Assembly (NCBI GenBank): GCA_003241285.1
Contig: QFOT01000001.1
Location: 4,645 to 68,644, forward strand
DNA length: 64,000 bases
Source: Micavibrio aeruginosavorus
GTDB lineage: Bacteria; Pseudomonadota; Alphaproteobacteria; Micavibrionales; Micavibrionaceae
Direction: 5' to 3'
Positions 27,386 to 36,199 of the stretch are shown piece after piece. The position numbers and the translations under genes were made by a program. The notes under the pieces are model-generated. The model saw only the letters and a list, made by a program, of their open reading frames with translations, was not told the origin of the DNA and did no database searches. Positions within the stretch are counted from its first letter, which is position 1, and the number at the start of each line of letters is the position of its first letter.

Positions 27386-29515
27386 TTACCGCTCATGTAA
27401 TTCCTTGATTTCGAGGGCTTTGGCCCTTGATTGGTCTTTTTCGGTAACGGCCAGATACATGGGGTCGTTAGGGGTGGCAAAGTCATATATTTTATAGCCG
27501 AAATCTTTCAGGTAAGAAGCTATTTCCATGACGCTGTCACCATGCGCTTCGAAATAGATCATTGGTTTTAAGTGGGTCAGAATTTCTGTGGCGCCTTTCA
27601 GGGCCTCCAGCTCCATACCCTCTATATCCATCTTGATCAGTTTGCATTCTTTCAGCTTGAGCGAATCCAGTGGCCGCACGGCGACTTCATGTTCACCTTG
27701 CCGGGCCTTGGGCTGAAATCCGCCGAAATTCTGGAATTTGGTCGGATCGAGTTCCTGAACTTTAAGAATGCCTTCTTTTTCACCGCAAGCCTGATTCAGT
27801 GTATAGACATTCGTCAGGCTGTTATTTGCGATATTGGCGCACAGGCTTTGAAATAATATGCGCTGGGGCTCCATGGCATATAGACGCCCTGACGCGCCGA
27901 TGATTTTGGCGATAGGTAATGTATGGGAACCTATATTTGATCCAAGCTCGACGACGGTATCGCCGAAATCCAGCAAGGATTTCATGAAACCTATTTCATG
28001 GTCGCACCAGCTGCCGCCAGAGATCAGGCTCCGCCCTATATATTCGTCGTTTCTGTTGGCGACCACGGTTCCATATTTGCCTTTTACGAGAATATTCCAT
28101 TCCTGCGTCAACCCGTATGTCGACATCAGGCGTACGCGCTCGCTGTTCATGGGATTATTCATGACCTTTTCATCATTTGTGAAAGTCCAGAAGATGGAGC
28201 CTTCTTTATGCTGCAGGTCTTTGCCAAAAAGCTCGTCACCGGAAATCGTGTCGATAGTTACTTTTTTAGAATAATTACTATTCATGTCGAACAAGGCAAC
28301 CTGGTCGATAAACCAGAATTCTTTCCGGCTGGCTATGTTTTTAAGAATAATATTGCTCATGTAAGAAAGAGCGTCGAGCGCGCTATCGCTTTTGGAAAAA
28401 CTGACAAACCCGCCGGCAAACTTATCCCATAAAGGGGCTGCGGGATTATAGGTCAATAAAATATCTGCATTTTTAATTTTGTCGTTCTTGAACGGATCCT
28501 TGCGCAAAATGGCGTCCGCGTCTACCAGGGCCAGCCTCTCGGATAGGCTCGACTCTTTCAATATCTGCCATGCGCGGCAAAACCGCATAGTCGAATAATA
28601 GGTCGGCATGCCCGATACGACTTGGTATGAAATTTTTTCATAGGAATAGCTTAAATTCAGTTCGGGAAATTTTTCATCGTACATCTGTAAAAGTTCGAGA
28701 TCCACGCCCATCGGCGCGTATAGATGCACATGAATTCCAAAATCCCGATCTTTGATTTCCAGCGCCGACAGAATAAGCGTCGGTATAAATTCACGGAGAT
28801 AATTCGTTTCCGCCGCCGCCATTAAAATATTTTTTTGGCTCGGGGATTTCACCATGATGAGCTTCGGGAATTTTTCCAGAAGTTCTTCATTGAGCTGCGG
28901 GTGTTTGGCTAAATCGCCGGACAGATAAAGAGGGGACGGTTTTCTGTCCTTGATGGCTTCGCCTATGCTGATCAGGTTTAAAATGCGCTCCGGCAGCAAT
29001 TTACTTTTCGTTGCGGATAAATAAAGACTTTTCCATTGCTCGTCACCGGCTAGGTAATAGATAAGGAAAAGCAGCGACATCGACGGGGCGTGGTTTGGCT
29101 CTTTTTTCCGGGCGATTTTCAGCTCTTTTACAGCTTCGTTAAAATCACGGTTCTTTACATGCAGAAATGCTTTATCAAAATTTAAATACGCGCTGTCGGG
29201 ATAAGCTTCTACGAGCGATGAAAAATATTCGATCAGCTCGCTATTGGGAATTTTCTTCTGCCTCCAGTAAATGCAAATCTGCCAGGAGAGGAAAGCGTTT
29301 TGCGCTTCGGGCGGAAATTTTATCAGGCAATTTTCAGCAAAAGCCAGTGCTTCGTCATATCTGTTCTGTTCGATCATCTGGCTGATCTTGGTGATGGCTT
29401 CGCCTTCCTCCGTCGCCTCCTCATAATATTTTGGCATAATGAGAGTAAGATCCGGATTACTGTCAAAATAGTAACCGTTCACTTCTCTTAAAATATTGTA
29501 ATCTTTGTCTGCCAT
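27386..29515 (-). CDS. multidomain TPR / DxD glycosyltransferase-like / FkbM-family methyltransferase protein
   Basis: 709 aa. N-terminal TPR-like repeats (…YDEALAFAENCL…, …DFNEAVKELKIARKKEPNH…). Central region has LALVDADAILRKD (DxD). C-terminal FkbM-type SAM methyltransferase: VVELGSNIGSHTLPIAKI...RLYAMEPQ...IKMDIEGMELEALKGA. Confidence 0.7.
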   Translation of the reverse strand: MADKDYNILREVNGYYFDSNPDLTLIMPKYYEEATEEGEAITKISQMIEQNRYDEALAFAENCLIKFPPEAQNAFLSWQICIYWRQKKIPNSELIEYFSSLVEAYPDSAYLNFDKAFLHVKNRDFNEAVKELKIARKKEPNHAPSMSLLFLIYYLAGDEQWKSLYLSATKSKLLPERILNLISIGEAIKDRKPSPLYLSGDLAKHPQLNEELLEKFPKLIMVKSPSQKNILMAAAETNYLREFIPTLILSALEIKDRDFGIHVHLYAPMGVDLELLQMYDEKFPELNLSYSYEKISYQVVSGMPTYYSTMRFCRAWQILKESSLSERLALVDADAILRKDPFKNDKIKNADILLTYNPAAPLWDKFAGGFVSFSKSDSALDALSYMSNIILKNIASRKEFWFIDQVALFDMNSNYSKKVTIDTISGDELFGKDLQHKEGSIFWTFTNDEKVMNNPMNSERVRLMSTYGLTQEWNILVKGKYGTVVANRNDEYIGRSLISGGSWCDHEIGFMKSLLDFGDTVVELGSNIGSHTLPIAKIIGASGRLYAMEPQRILFQSLCANIANNSLTNVYTLNQACGEKEGILKVQELDPTKFQNFGGFQPKARQGEHEVAVRPLDSLKLKECKLIKMDIEGMELEALKGATEILTHLKPMIYFEAHGDSVMEIASYLKDFGYKIYDFATPNDPMYLAVTEKDQSRAKALEIKELHER

Positions 29516-29919
29516 AAGAACCCCGCAAATTAAAGCCAGTTAAATCTACGCCAGATTTATCTGCGCCAATAGAGGGAAAATCTTGGCCTTATTTTCGATA
29601 CGCCCTGATCGGGGGATCTCTGTGGATAGAAGGCTGATAAAGTAACGGATTATTCATGTATGAAGCTATCCAGATTCCGCGCTCAGCTTAAAAGAGATTC
29701 CGCCACCATGGAGAAACTTTATAAGCCGGCATTCTTGAATCGAGGATATCTCGTTTTGTTCACGGCAGATATTCGGGGACTCTCATATTTGCGGTATGAG
29801 TCCATAGCGTTTCGCATGTGGGTAAGACTCGGGACAGATTTTATCCCCATGACTCATGCCCCCTAATATCTATTACTACTGAATCTAAGATATATAATAT
29901 TTAAAGAAAGAGGAGTTTT

Positions 29920-30765
29920 TCAGTTTATCGACAGGCTTACATTCGGATGATCGTTGGTAAAATGGAAATGGGTTTCCCGAAGATTATCTTCGTTGATAAT
30001 GGCTTGTCTGATTTTTCCGATCTTTATGCTGATCTTAAAATGATCGCTATTGATTTGGCTTTGTGCGAAATTCGCATGGGACAGATAGGCGGCTATCGAG
30101 GTAAAGGGCATCGAAAATGATGATTCCAGAAGCTTATCGAGAAAATTTGGATCTGCTTTAATTTGCACATAGGTGTCCTTGATCCGCTCTCTTTCGTTTT
30201 CCCTGTAAAAATCAGCAGCATCTTTTTTTCTGCTTTCCGGAATGAGCAATTCAAGCTTGCTGACATCCAGAAGCGATTGGTCCGGCAGGCTAGGTAAAAC
30301 CGCGTTGGTCAGGTAATCGAGCATATCGATTTTGGATGGGGCGTAGAGGGAGTTCTCTTCCTTGATAGCCTGCCCGCGTGTCGGATTAGGTATTTCCTCC
30401 ATCAGGGAGAGAAAATGGTTAATCCGGGCTTCGATCCCTTTCAAAATCACTTTTTTCCTTGCTGGCGACATATCCCCCTGCTCGATCCCTGCTTTTGGCT
30501 CGAGGAACAGTGTTATCCCGCCCTTGGTCTCGCTGTCGTCGCAGCAAACCTGTATTTGATCAGCTGCCGTTCCGTAGGTACTGTGCAGAATATCATCCAC
30601 CAGGCTGGCGAGCTTGTATGAGGCCGACAAATTACGCGGCTCCGGTTTTTTATCCTCTTGTGAGGGGGTATAGGCACAAATCCGGAATAAATCCTTCAGG
30701 CTTTGGCGGGGCAGCTCTTGCAGGGTGGTCGGGATGGCAGTGGACCGGAATAATTCTTTACGCAT
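29920..30765 (-). CDS. hypothetical protein (281 aa), AT-rich orphan
   Basis: ORF only. No signal peptide, TM helix or recognisable motif. Confidence 0.5.
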   Translation of the reverse strand: MRKELFRSTAIPTTLQELPRQSLKDLFRICAYTPSQEDKKPEPRNLSASYKLASLVDDILHSTYGTAADQIQVCCDDSETKGGITLFLEPKAGIEQGDMSPARKKVILKGIEARINHFLSLMEEIPNPTRGQAIKEENSLYAPSKIDMLDYLTNAVLPSLPDQSLLDVSKLELLIPESRKKDAADFYRENERERIKDTYVQIKADPNFLDKLLESSFSMPFTSIAAYLSHANFAQSQINSDHFKISIKIGKIRQAIINEDNLRETHFHFTNDHPNVSLSIN

Positions 30766-30882
30766 GATATTTGCCGCTTATTTTCAATAATTTTCATTAT
30801 TTCTAGCCAAATTCCATAGCCGCTGTCCAGTTTTCCCGCATCTATCCCCTTTTTAACCCCCTGATATTTGATTCGAATCTGT

Positions 30883-31148
30883 TTGACAGAAATTTACGGG
30901 AAGGGTATATATTCTCCTGTCTTTAAGAACTTCCTGAAAAAATTAGAAGAATTGATCTGGCCGCGAGGTTCAAGATAAACAGGAAATTGAAACATTCGAA
31001 AGATAATATCGAATTCGAAGGCATCCCCCTAAAGAGATTAGTTGAAGAACATTTATTCCAATCAACCCCAATTATCTTGAGCGAATTAACCCCCTCCCGA
31101 TTATTTACCGGCTTTCAACGCCCTTAAAAAAACCCTTACGAGTTTCCA
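30883..31148 (+). promoter_or_regulatory. putative rho promoter (TTGACA-17-TATATA at 30883..30911) and long leader
   Basis: Near-consensus hexamers with 17-nt spacing. They would give a leader of about 235 nt whose 3' half is C-rich and G-poor (catccccc..., caacccc..., aaccccctccc..., caacgccc...). Confidence 0.4.
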
Positions 31149-32405
31149 ATGAATTTACAGGATTTAAAAACCCGCAGCCCTGCTGAACTGCTCGCCTTTG
31201 CCGAGGAGCTTGATATCGAAAACTGCGCCTCTATGCGCAAGCAGGACATGATGTTCGCTATTTTGAAACGCCTTGCCGAACAGGGAGTGCCGATCGCGGG
31301 CTCCGGCGTTCTGGAAGTCTTGCAGGACGGCTTCGGCTTCCTGCGCGCGCCCGAAGAAAACTATTTGCCGGGTCCGGATGATATTTACGTCTCCCCGTCC
31401 CAGGTTCGCCGTTTTGGTCTTCGCACAGGCGACAGCTTAGAGGGCGAGATCCGCGCCCCGAAAGATTCAGAGCGTTACTTCGCCCTTCTCAAAGTCGACA
31501 GCATCAACGGCGAAACGCCGGAGAAACTGCGTCACCGTATCAATTTCGATAACCTGACGCCTCTCTACCCGGAACGCAAGATCAAGCTCGAGCTTGACGA
31601 TCCGACAAAGAAAAACATGACCCAGCGCGTGATCGAGCTGACCTCGCCGATCGGTTTCGGCCAGCGGGCTTTGATCGTCGCCCCGCCGCGTGTCGGTAAA
31701 ACTGTTATGCTGCAGGATATCGCGGCTTCAATTGCGGCTAACCACCCGGATGCCTATCTCCTTGTTCTCCTGATCGATGAACGTCCCGAGGAAGTGACCG
31801 ACATGGCGCGCAGTGTGCGCGGCGAGGTTATCTCCTCGACCTTCGACGAACCGGCCTCGCGCCACGTTCAGGTCGCCGAAATGGTCATGGAAAAAGCTAA
31901 GCGTCTTGTCGAACACAAGCGCGACGTTATCGTTCTTCTCGACTCCATCACAAGACTTGCCAGGGCGTACAACACGGTTGTCCCGTCTTCGGGTAAGGTT
32001 TTGACGGGCGGTGTCGATGCCAACGCCCTCCAGCGCCCGAAACGCTTCTTCGGTGCGGCGCGTAATATCGAACAGGGCGGAAGCCTGACCATTATTGCGA
32101 CCGCCTTGATCGATACAGGTTCGCGCATGGACGAAGTTATCTTCGAAGAATTCAAAGGTACGGGTAACTCCGAGATCGTTCTTGATCGCAAGATCGCCGA
32201 CAAGCGCGTCTTCCCGGCCATCGATATTCAAAAATCCGGTACGCGGAAAGAAGAACTTCTTGTCGACAAACAGACTCTGCAAAAAATGTGGGTCCTTCGC
32301 CGTATTCTCAACCCGATGGGAACGGTCGATGCCATGGAATTCCTGCTTGATAAACTCAAGGACACCAAAGGCAATGACGATTTCTTCCAGTCAATGAACC
32401 AGTAA
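31149..32405 (+). CDS. rho: transcription termination factor Rho
   Basis: 418 aa with an N-terminal RNA-binding domain (GFGFLR) and Walker [12 protein letters not shown]. Confidence 0.97.
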   Translation: MNLQDLKTRSPAELLAFAEELDIENCASMRKQDMMFAILKRLAEQGVPIAGSGVLEVLQDGFGFLRAPEENYLPGPDDIYVSPSQVRRFGLRTGDSLEGEIRAPKDSERYFALLKVDSINGETPEKLRHRINFDNLTPLYPERKIKLELDDPTKKNMTQRVIELTSPIGFGQRALIVAPPRVGKTVMLQDIAASIAANHPDAYLLVLLIDERPEEVTDMARSVRGEVISSTFDEPASRHVQVAEMVMEKAKRLVEHKRDVIVLLDSITRLARAYNTVVPSSGKVLTGGVDANALQRPKRFFGAARNIEQGGSLTIIATALIDTGSRMDEVIFEEFKGTGNSEIVLDRKIADKRVFPAIDIQKSGTRKEELLVDKQTLQKMWVLRRILNPMGTVDAMEFLLDKLKDTKGNDDFFQSMNQ

Positions 32406-32408
32406 TTT

Positions 32409-32434
32409 AAACCCCGCTTTAGCGGGGTTTTTTA
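32409..32434 (+). terminator. rho-independent terminator
   Basis: accccgc-ttta-gcggggt followed by tttttt, directly after the rho stop. Confidence 0.85.
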
Positions 32435-32474
32435 TCGAACAAGATCAAATTTTATTTAAAATTAAATCCGTGTT

Positions 32475-32495
32475 TAAAGTAACAATGTTACTTTA
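32475..32495. promoter_or_regulatory. perfect 21-bp palindrome (taaagtaaca-a-tgttacttta), candidate operator
   Basis: 10+1+10 perfect inverted repeat about 30-55 nt upstream of the first pilin-like gene. Confidence 0.4.
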
Positions 32496-32526
32496 GGTAA
32501 TACTTATAAAAAATGCTGCGACCGAA

Positions 32527-33318
32527 ATGTTAATTCGAAAGGAATTGAACATGGAAAACTGCAACCATAAATCAAGCCTGTCGCCATCTTGCGAAAGTGG
32601 CAACGTCCTTTTCCTTATCCTTATTGCCATCGTCTTGTTCGCCGCACTGGCTTATGCGGTGACGCAATCATCCCGCTCCGGTGGCACCGATGTAAATTCA
32701 GAGAAAGCGGATCTGGCGGCAGCGCAGATTGCCCAATACGGCGCACAGATTTCCACGGCTGTGATGCGGGTCAGAGTAGGCAATGGCTGCAGCGAAACCG
32801 AGATCAATTTTGAAAACCCCCTGATGACGCATCCGGATTATTGGGGCGGCAGCACGAATACGACAGCCCCGGCTGACGGAAGATGCAATATATTCGGGCC
32901 TAACGGCGGCGGGGCGGTATACTGGGATGCAAGAAAACAACTGCCCAACGATGATCCTGTTTATAATTACCTGACATTCACGACGAAAGTCGGTGTCAAG
33001 AATGTTGGTACCGATGCCAGTGAATTGATGATGTATTTCGTCATGGCGTCGAACGATCAGGCGAAAAAGATTTGCGAGGCCTATAATAAGCGCCTTGGCA
33101 TCACAGGCGATACGACATCGGGCACTACCCGCTCCCTGAACTGGGATATGGCAACGGGGGCCGGGTTGGCTTACGTAGCGGCCCCGTCGGATGTGAGTCT
33201 GATCGGCGAAGATCCCGTGCCTTCGGCTTTCTCTGGCCAGACGACAGGATGCCTGACCGGAGCCAGCTCGCATGATGCGGACAACCAGATTATTTATTAC
33301 GTTCTATCCGCGCGGTAA
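32527..33318 (+). CDS. pilin-like protein with an N-terminal hydrophobic helix, tandem paralog 1
   Basis: 263 aa. A better SD (aaaggaa) precedes the internal ATG at 32551. Contains GNVLFLILIAIVLFAALAYAVTQSSRSGG followed by a globular domain with 4 conserved Cys. Collinear with the next gene. Confidence 0.7.
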   Translation: MLIRKELNMENCNHKSSLSPSCESGNVLFLILIAIVLFAALAYAVTQSSRSGGTDVNSEKADLAAAQIAQYGAQISTAVMRVRVGNGCSETEINFENPLMTHPDYWGGSTNTTAPADGRCNIFGPNGGGAVYWDARKQLPNDDPVYNYLTFTTKVGVKNVGTDASELMMYFVMASNDQAKKICEAYNKRLGITGDTTSGTTRSLNWDMATGAGLAYVAAPSDVSLIGEDPVPSAFSGQTTGCLTGASSHDADNQIIYYVLSAR

Positions 33319-33373
33319 AAGCCTATGATAAGATAATATCAAAAAATTAAGCATAACCTCAATTAACCATGCT

Positions 33374-34153
33374 ATGGTCATAAACATGAAATTCAGAACG
33401 ATTTATGTAGTCAGAAACAGCAATGCTGAAAAAGGGAATGTTCTTTTCCTTATCCTGATAGCCGTTGCTCTCTTTGCAGCGCTTTCTTACGCGGTGACGC
33501 AATCATCCCGCTCCGGCGGAACGAGCGCTACTTCAGAAAAAGCCGATTTGGCGGCTGCCCAGTTTTCGCAATATGGTGCGCAAATTGCTATGGCGATAAT
33601 GAGATTAAAAGTCAGCAATGGCTGCAGCGAAACGCAGATCAGTTTTGAAAACCCCATAATGTCTCATCCGGATTACTGGGGTGGCAGCGCAAACACGACG
33701 GCTCCATCAGACGGGAGATGTAACGTGTTCGGGCCTAACGGCGGCGGCGTTGTCTATTGGGACATCAGAAAACAATTTCCTAATGAAGATCCCGTTTATA
33801 ATTACCTGAATTTTACTCCCCGTCTTGGCATAAAAGACGTTGGAACGGGGGCAAGTGAGCTTGTCATGTATTTCAGAATGGATTGGAGTGATCAGGCAAA
33901 GAAGATTTGTTCATCCTATAATAATAAAATGGGCATTACAGGTGATACGACTTCTGGCACAACCAACACGAATGACTGGCATTTTGCCATGGGCAATGGG
34001 CTGAGTTACGAAGCGGCGCCTATTGATACTTTAACGATAGGGGATGACCCGACCCCATCGGCCTTTGCAGGGCAAACCACAGGATGCCTCACTGGGTCCA
34101 GCTCTCATAACGGCGATAGCCAGATGCTGTATTATGTAGTTATGGCGCGCTAA
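33374..34153 (+). CDS. pilin-like protein with an N-terminal hydrophobic helix, tandem paralog 2
   Basis: 259 aa with GNVLFLILIAVALFAALSYAVTQSSRSGG. Gap-free alignment by eye to paralog 1, with the majority of positions identical. Confidence 0.7.
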   Translation: MVINMKFRTIYVVRNSNAEKGNVLFLILIAVALFAALSYAVTQSSRSGGTSATSEKADLAAAQFSQYGAQIAMAIMRLKVSNGCSETQISFENPIMSHPDYWGGSANTTAPSDGRCNVFGPNGGGVVYWDIRKQFPNEDPVYNYLNFTPRLGIKDVGTGASELVMYFRMDWSDQAKKICSSYNNKMGITGDTTSGTTNTNDWHFAMGNGLSYEAAPIDTLTIGDDPTPSAFAGQTTGCLTGSSSHNGDSQMLYYVVMAR

Positions 34154-34214
34154 AAGCCTTTATTGCAGGCTGATTTAAATCCTGCTTAAATCCTCTTTTT
34201 TAAGGGGATACTCA

Positions 34215-35099
34215 ATGAAACATCACCTGACCACCGTCGCCATAGCTGCCATTGTGGCTTTCGGCATTGGCTATCTGCCTAAATCTACCAACGAACATAA
34301 AATACCGTCTGAAAAAATTCAGGCCGATAAAAAAATCGAATCCGCTTACCAAAGGGTCCTTCGTACAGGTACGCTTCGCTGCGGCTATGCCCTCTATGCG
34401 CCGATGCTGTCCAAAGACCCAAACACAGGAGAGATGTCCGGCATTGCCGCCGATGTCATCAATGCCGTGGCGAAATCGCTCGACCTTAAAGTTGAATGGA
34501 CGGCAGAATTTGGTTTCGCGACATCGATATCAGATTTGGAATCCGATCGCTTTGACCTGACCTGTATCGGGTTCTGGCGACTGCCGCTCGAAGCAAAACG
34601 CCTCACCTACACGGTGCCCTTCCTCTATAGCCAGATGAACCCTTATATCCGCGCCGACGATACGCGTTTTGATGGGGACTATTCAAAAATCAATGAGGCT
34701 TCCATCAGGATTATTTCAGCTGATGGCCAGATGTCATCGAGCGTAGCCCGCACGGAATTCCCAAAGGCGCAATTGATAGAGCTTCCGAACATGGCGTCAA
34801 TCTCCCAGCAAATGGAAGAGGTCGCATCAGGAAAAGCCGATATCGTTCTCGATGAACCGGCTGCTGCAGAAGATTACATGATTAAAAATCCGGGTAAGCT
34901 CCGCAAGGTTGAAGCCGCATATCCTCTGCGTGTCTTTCAAAATACTTTCGCGATGAAAATGGGCGAGAACGATTTAAAGACGATGCTAGACAGCGCTTTG
35001 ATCGACGTCATCGAAAACGGCGAGATGGATAAAATTCTTGCAAAATACGACCCCGATAACAAAATCTTCAAGAAAGTCGCGAAAGGCTACCAGCCGTGA
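34215..35099 (+). CDS. ABC transporter substrate-binding protein (family 3, polar amino acid type)
   Basis: 294 aa with an N-terminal anchor/signal. Lies upstream of the cognate permease and ATPase genes. General SBP-3 pattern seen (GTLRCGY...). Confidence 0.7.
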   Translation: MKHHLTTVAIAAIVAFGIGYLPKSTNEHKIPSEKIQADKKIESAYQRVLRTGTLRCGYALYAPMLSKDPNTGEMSGIAADVINAVAKSLDLKVEWTAEFGFATSISDLESDRFDLTCIGFWRLPLEAKRLTYTVPFLYSQMNPYIRADDTRFDGDYSKINEASIRIISADGQMSSSVARTEFPKAQLIELPNMASISQQMEEVASGKADIVLDEPAAAEDYMIKNPGKLRKVEAAYPLRVFQNTFAMKMGENDLKTMLDSALIDVIENGEMDKILAKYDPDNKIFKKVAKGYQP

Positions 35100-35434
35100 A
35101 AACTATCCTTCTCCTGATCGGCTCCAATATCTTCATGACCTTTGCGTGGTACGGTCATTTGAAGGACCTGAACAATAAGCCTCTCTATATCGCTATCCTC
35201 GTCAGCTGGGGGATCGCGTTTTTTGAATATGTTTTGCAAGTCCCTGCGAACCGCGCAGGGTACGGCATGTTCACCCTGGGCCAGCTCAAGATCATTCAGG
35301 AGATTATCACCATGGTCGTCTTCGCAGGCTTTGCGTACTGGTACATGGATAAACCCCTCACCCTCAACTATCTCTGGGCGGGGCTGTGTATGATCGGGGC
35401 TGCGTATTTTATTTTCAGGGATCAGGCGGCATGA
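35096..35434 (+). CDS. small DMT-superfamily membrane protein (DUF486-like)
   Basis: 112 aa with 4 predicted TM helices: MKTILLLIGSNIFMTFAWYGHLK...FTLGQLKIIQE. Its start overlaps the SBP stop (GTGA). Confidence 0.65.
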   Translation: MKTILLLIGSNIFMTFAWYGHLKDLNNKPLYIAILVSWGIAFFEYVLQVPANRAGYGMFTLGQLKIIQEIITMVVFAGFAYWYMDKPLTLNYLWAGLCMIGAAYFIFRDQAA

Positions 35435-35447
35435 GCAAGAAAAAACT

Positions 35448-35513
35448 GTCATCCCTGCGAAAGCAGGGATCTGATCCAAATAACTATTAGATTCCTGCCT
35501 GCGCAGGAATGAC
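35448..35513. repeat. type-A element pair in inverted orientation
   Basis: Forward unit at 35448..35472 (gtcatccctgcgaaagcagggatct). Reverse unit at 35489..35513 (agattcctgcctgcgcaggaatgac). Generates the spurious ORF 35087..35515 (MSFLRRQES...). Confidence 0.9.
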
Positions 35514-35528
35514 ATACAAGGTTATAAA

Positions 35529-36194
35529 ATGAACGTCTTAGACATTCTTATCAAATACTACCCCGCTTTTCTGCAAGGGCTGAAAGTCACGCTGGAAATG
35601 TCGGCGATTATCTGGACGCTCGGTATTATCCTAGGCACGGCGCTCGGCGTTGCGGCTTCACGCTTTCCTAAAGCGGTTGGGATGCCGACACGCCTTGTTT
35701 CTTTTCTGCTGGCCGGTGTGCCGATCCTCGTCTTTTTGTTCTGGCTGCATTACCCGGCGCAGGCGATGATGGATGTCGTGATCGATCCTTTTTATACCGC
35801 GACTTTCACGTTTACGATTTTGAATATTTTCGGCGTGGCCGATCTGGTCGCCACCGCGCTCAATGAATTCCCGAAGCAATATATTACCGCTGCCCGCGTG
35901 ACAGGCCTCACCGCGAAACAAACCATTTTAAAAATAGAGCTGCCCCTGATCGCCCGCGCCGTGACGCCTGCCCTTCTTATGCTGCAAGTGACCATGCTCC
36001 ACGTCACGCTATTTTCTTCCCTCATTTCGGTCGAGGAAATCTTCCGCGTCGCCCAGCGCATCAATGCGCAGATTTACCGCCCGGTCGAAATCTACACGGC
36101 GCTCGGTGTGTTCTTTTTGGCGGTCTGCGTCCCAGTTAATATGATCGCGCTATATTTGAAAACCAAATTCACCCGCGATACATCGGAGAGATAA
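35529..36194 (+). CDS. amino-acid ABC transporter permease
   Basis: 221 aa, multi-TM, with an EAA-like loop ITAARVTGLTAKQTILKIELP. Confidence 0.85.
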   Translation: MNVLDILIKYYPAFLQGLKVTLEMSAIIWTLGIILGTALGVAASRFPKAVGMPTRLVSFLLAGVPILVFLFWLHYPAQAMMDVVIDPFYTATFTFTILNIFGVADLVATALNEFPKQYITAARVTGLTAKQTILKIELPLIARAVTPALLMLQVTMLHVTLFSSLISVEEIFRVAQRINAQIYRPVEIYTALGVFFLAVCVPVNMIALYLKTKFTRDTSER

Positions 36195-36199
36195 AGCCC

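Noticed and set aside
29660-29866. 68-aa ORF in the 29.5-29.9 kb spacer. Similar short ORFs occur at 41485..41679, 41561..41851, 41752..41982, 42122..42313 and 26607..26867.
   Set aside because: These have no SD, no motif, and are mutually overlapping in different frames or run through repeat elements. The evidence for coding is insufficient.
32527-34153. Annotating the tandem proteins as bona fide type IV pilins.
   Set aside because: The Gly-hydrophobic N-terminus lacks the canonical Phe+1/Glu+5, and no pilus biogenesis genes are nearby. I kept them as pilin-like only.
35087-35515. ORFs beginning or ending in SFLRKQES / IPAFAGMT-type peptides: 35087..35515, 12030..12470, and the first 21 codons of 6919..8196.
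   Set aside because: These reading frames are generated by the type-A palindromic repeats and run antisense to, or upstream of, real genes. They are not independent genes.
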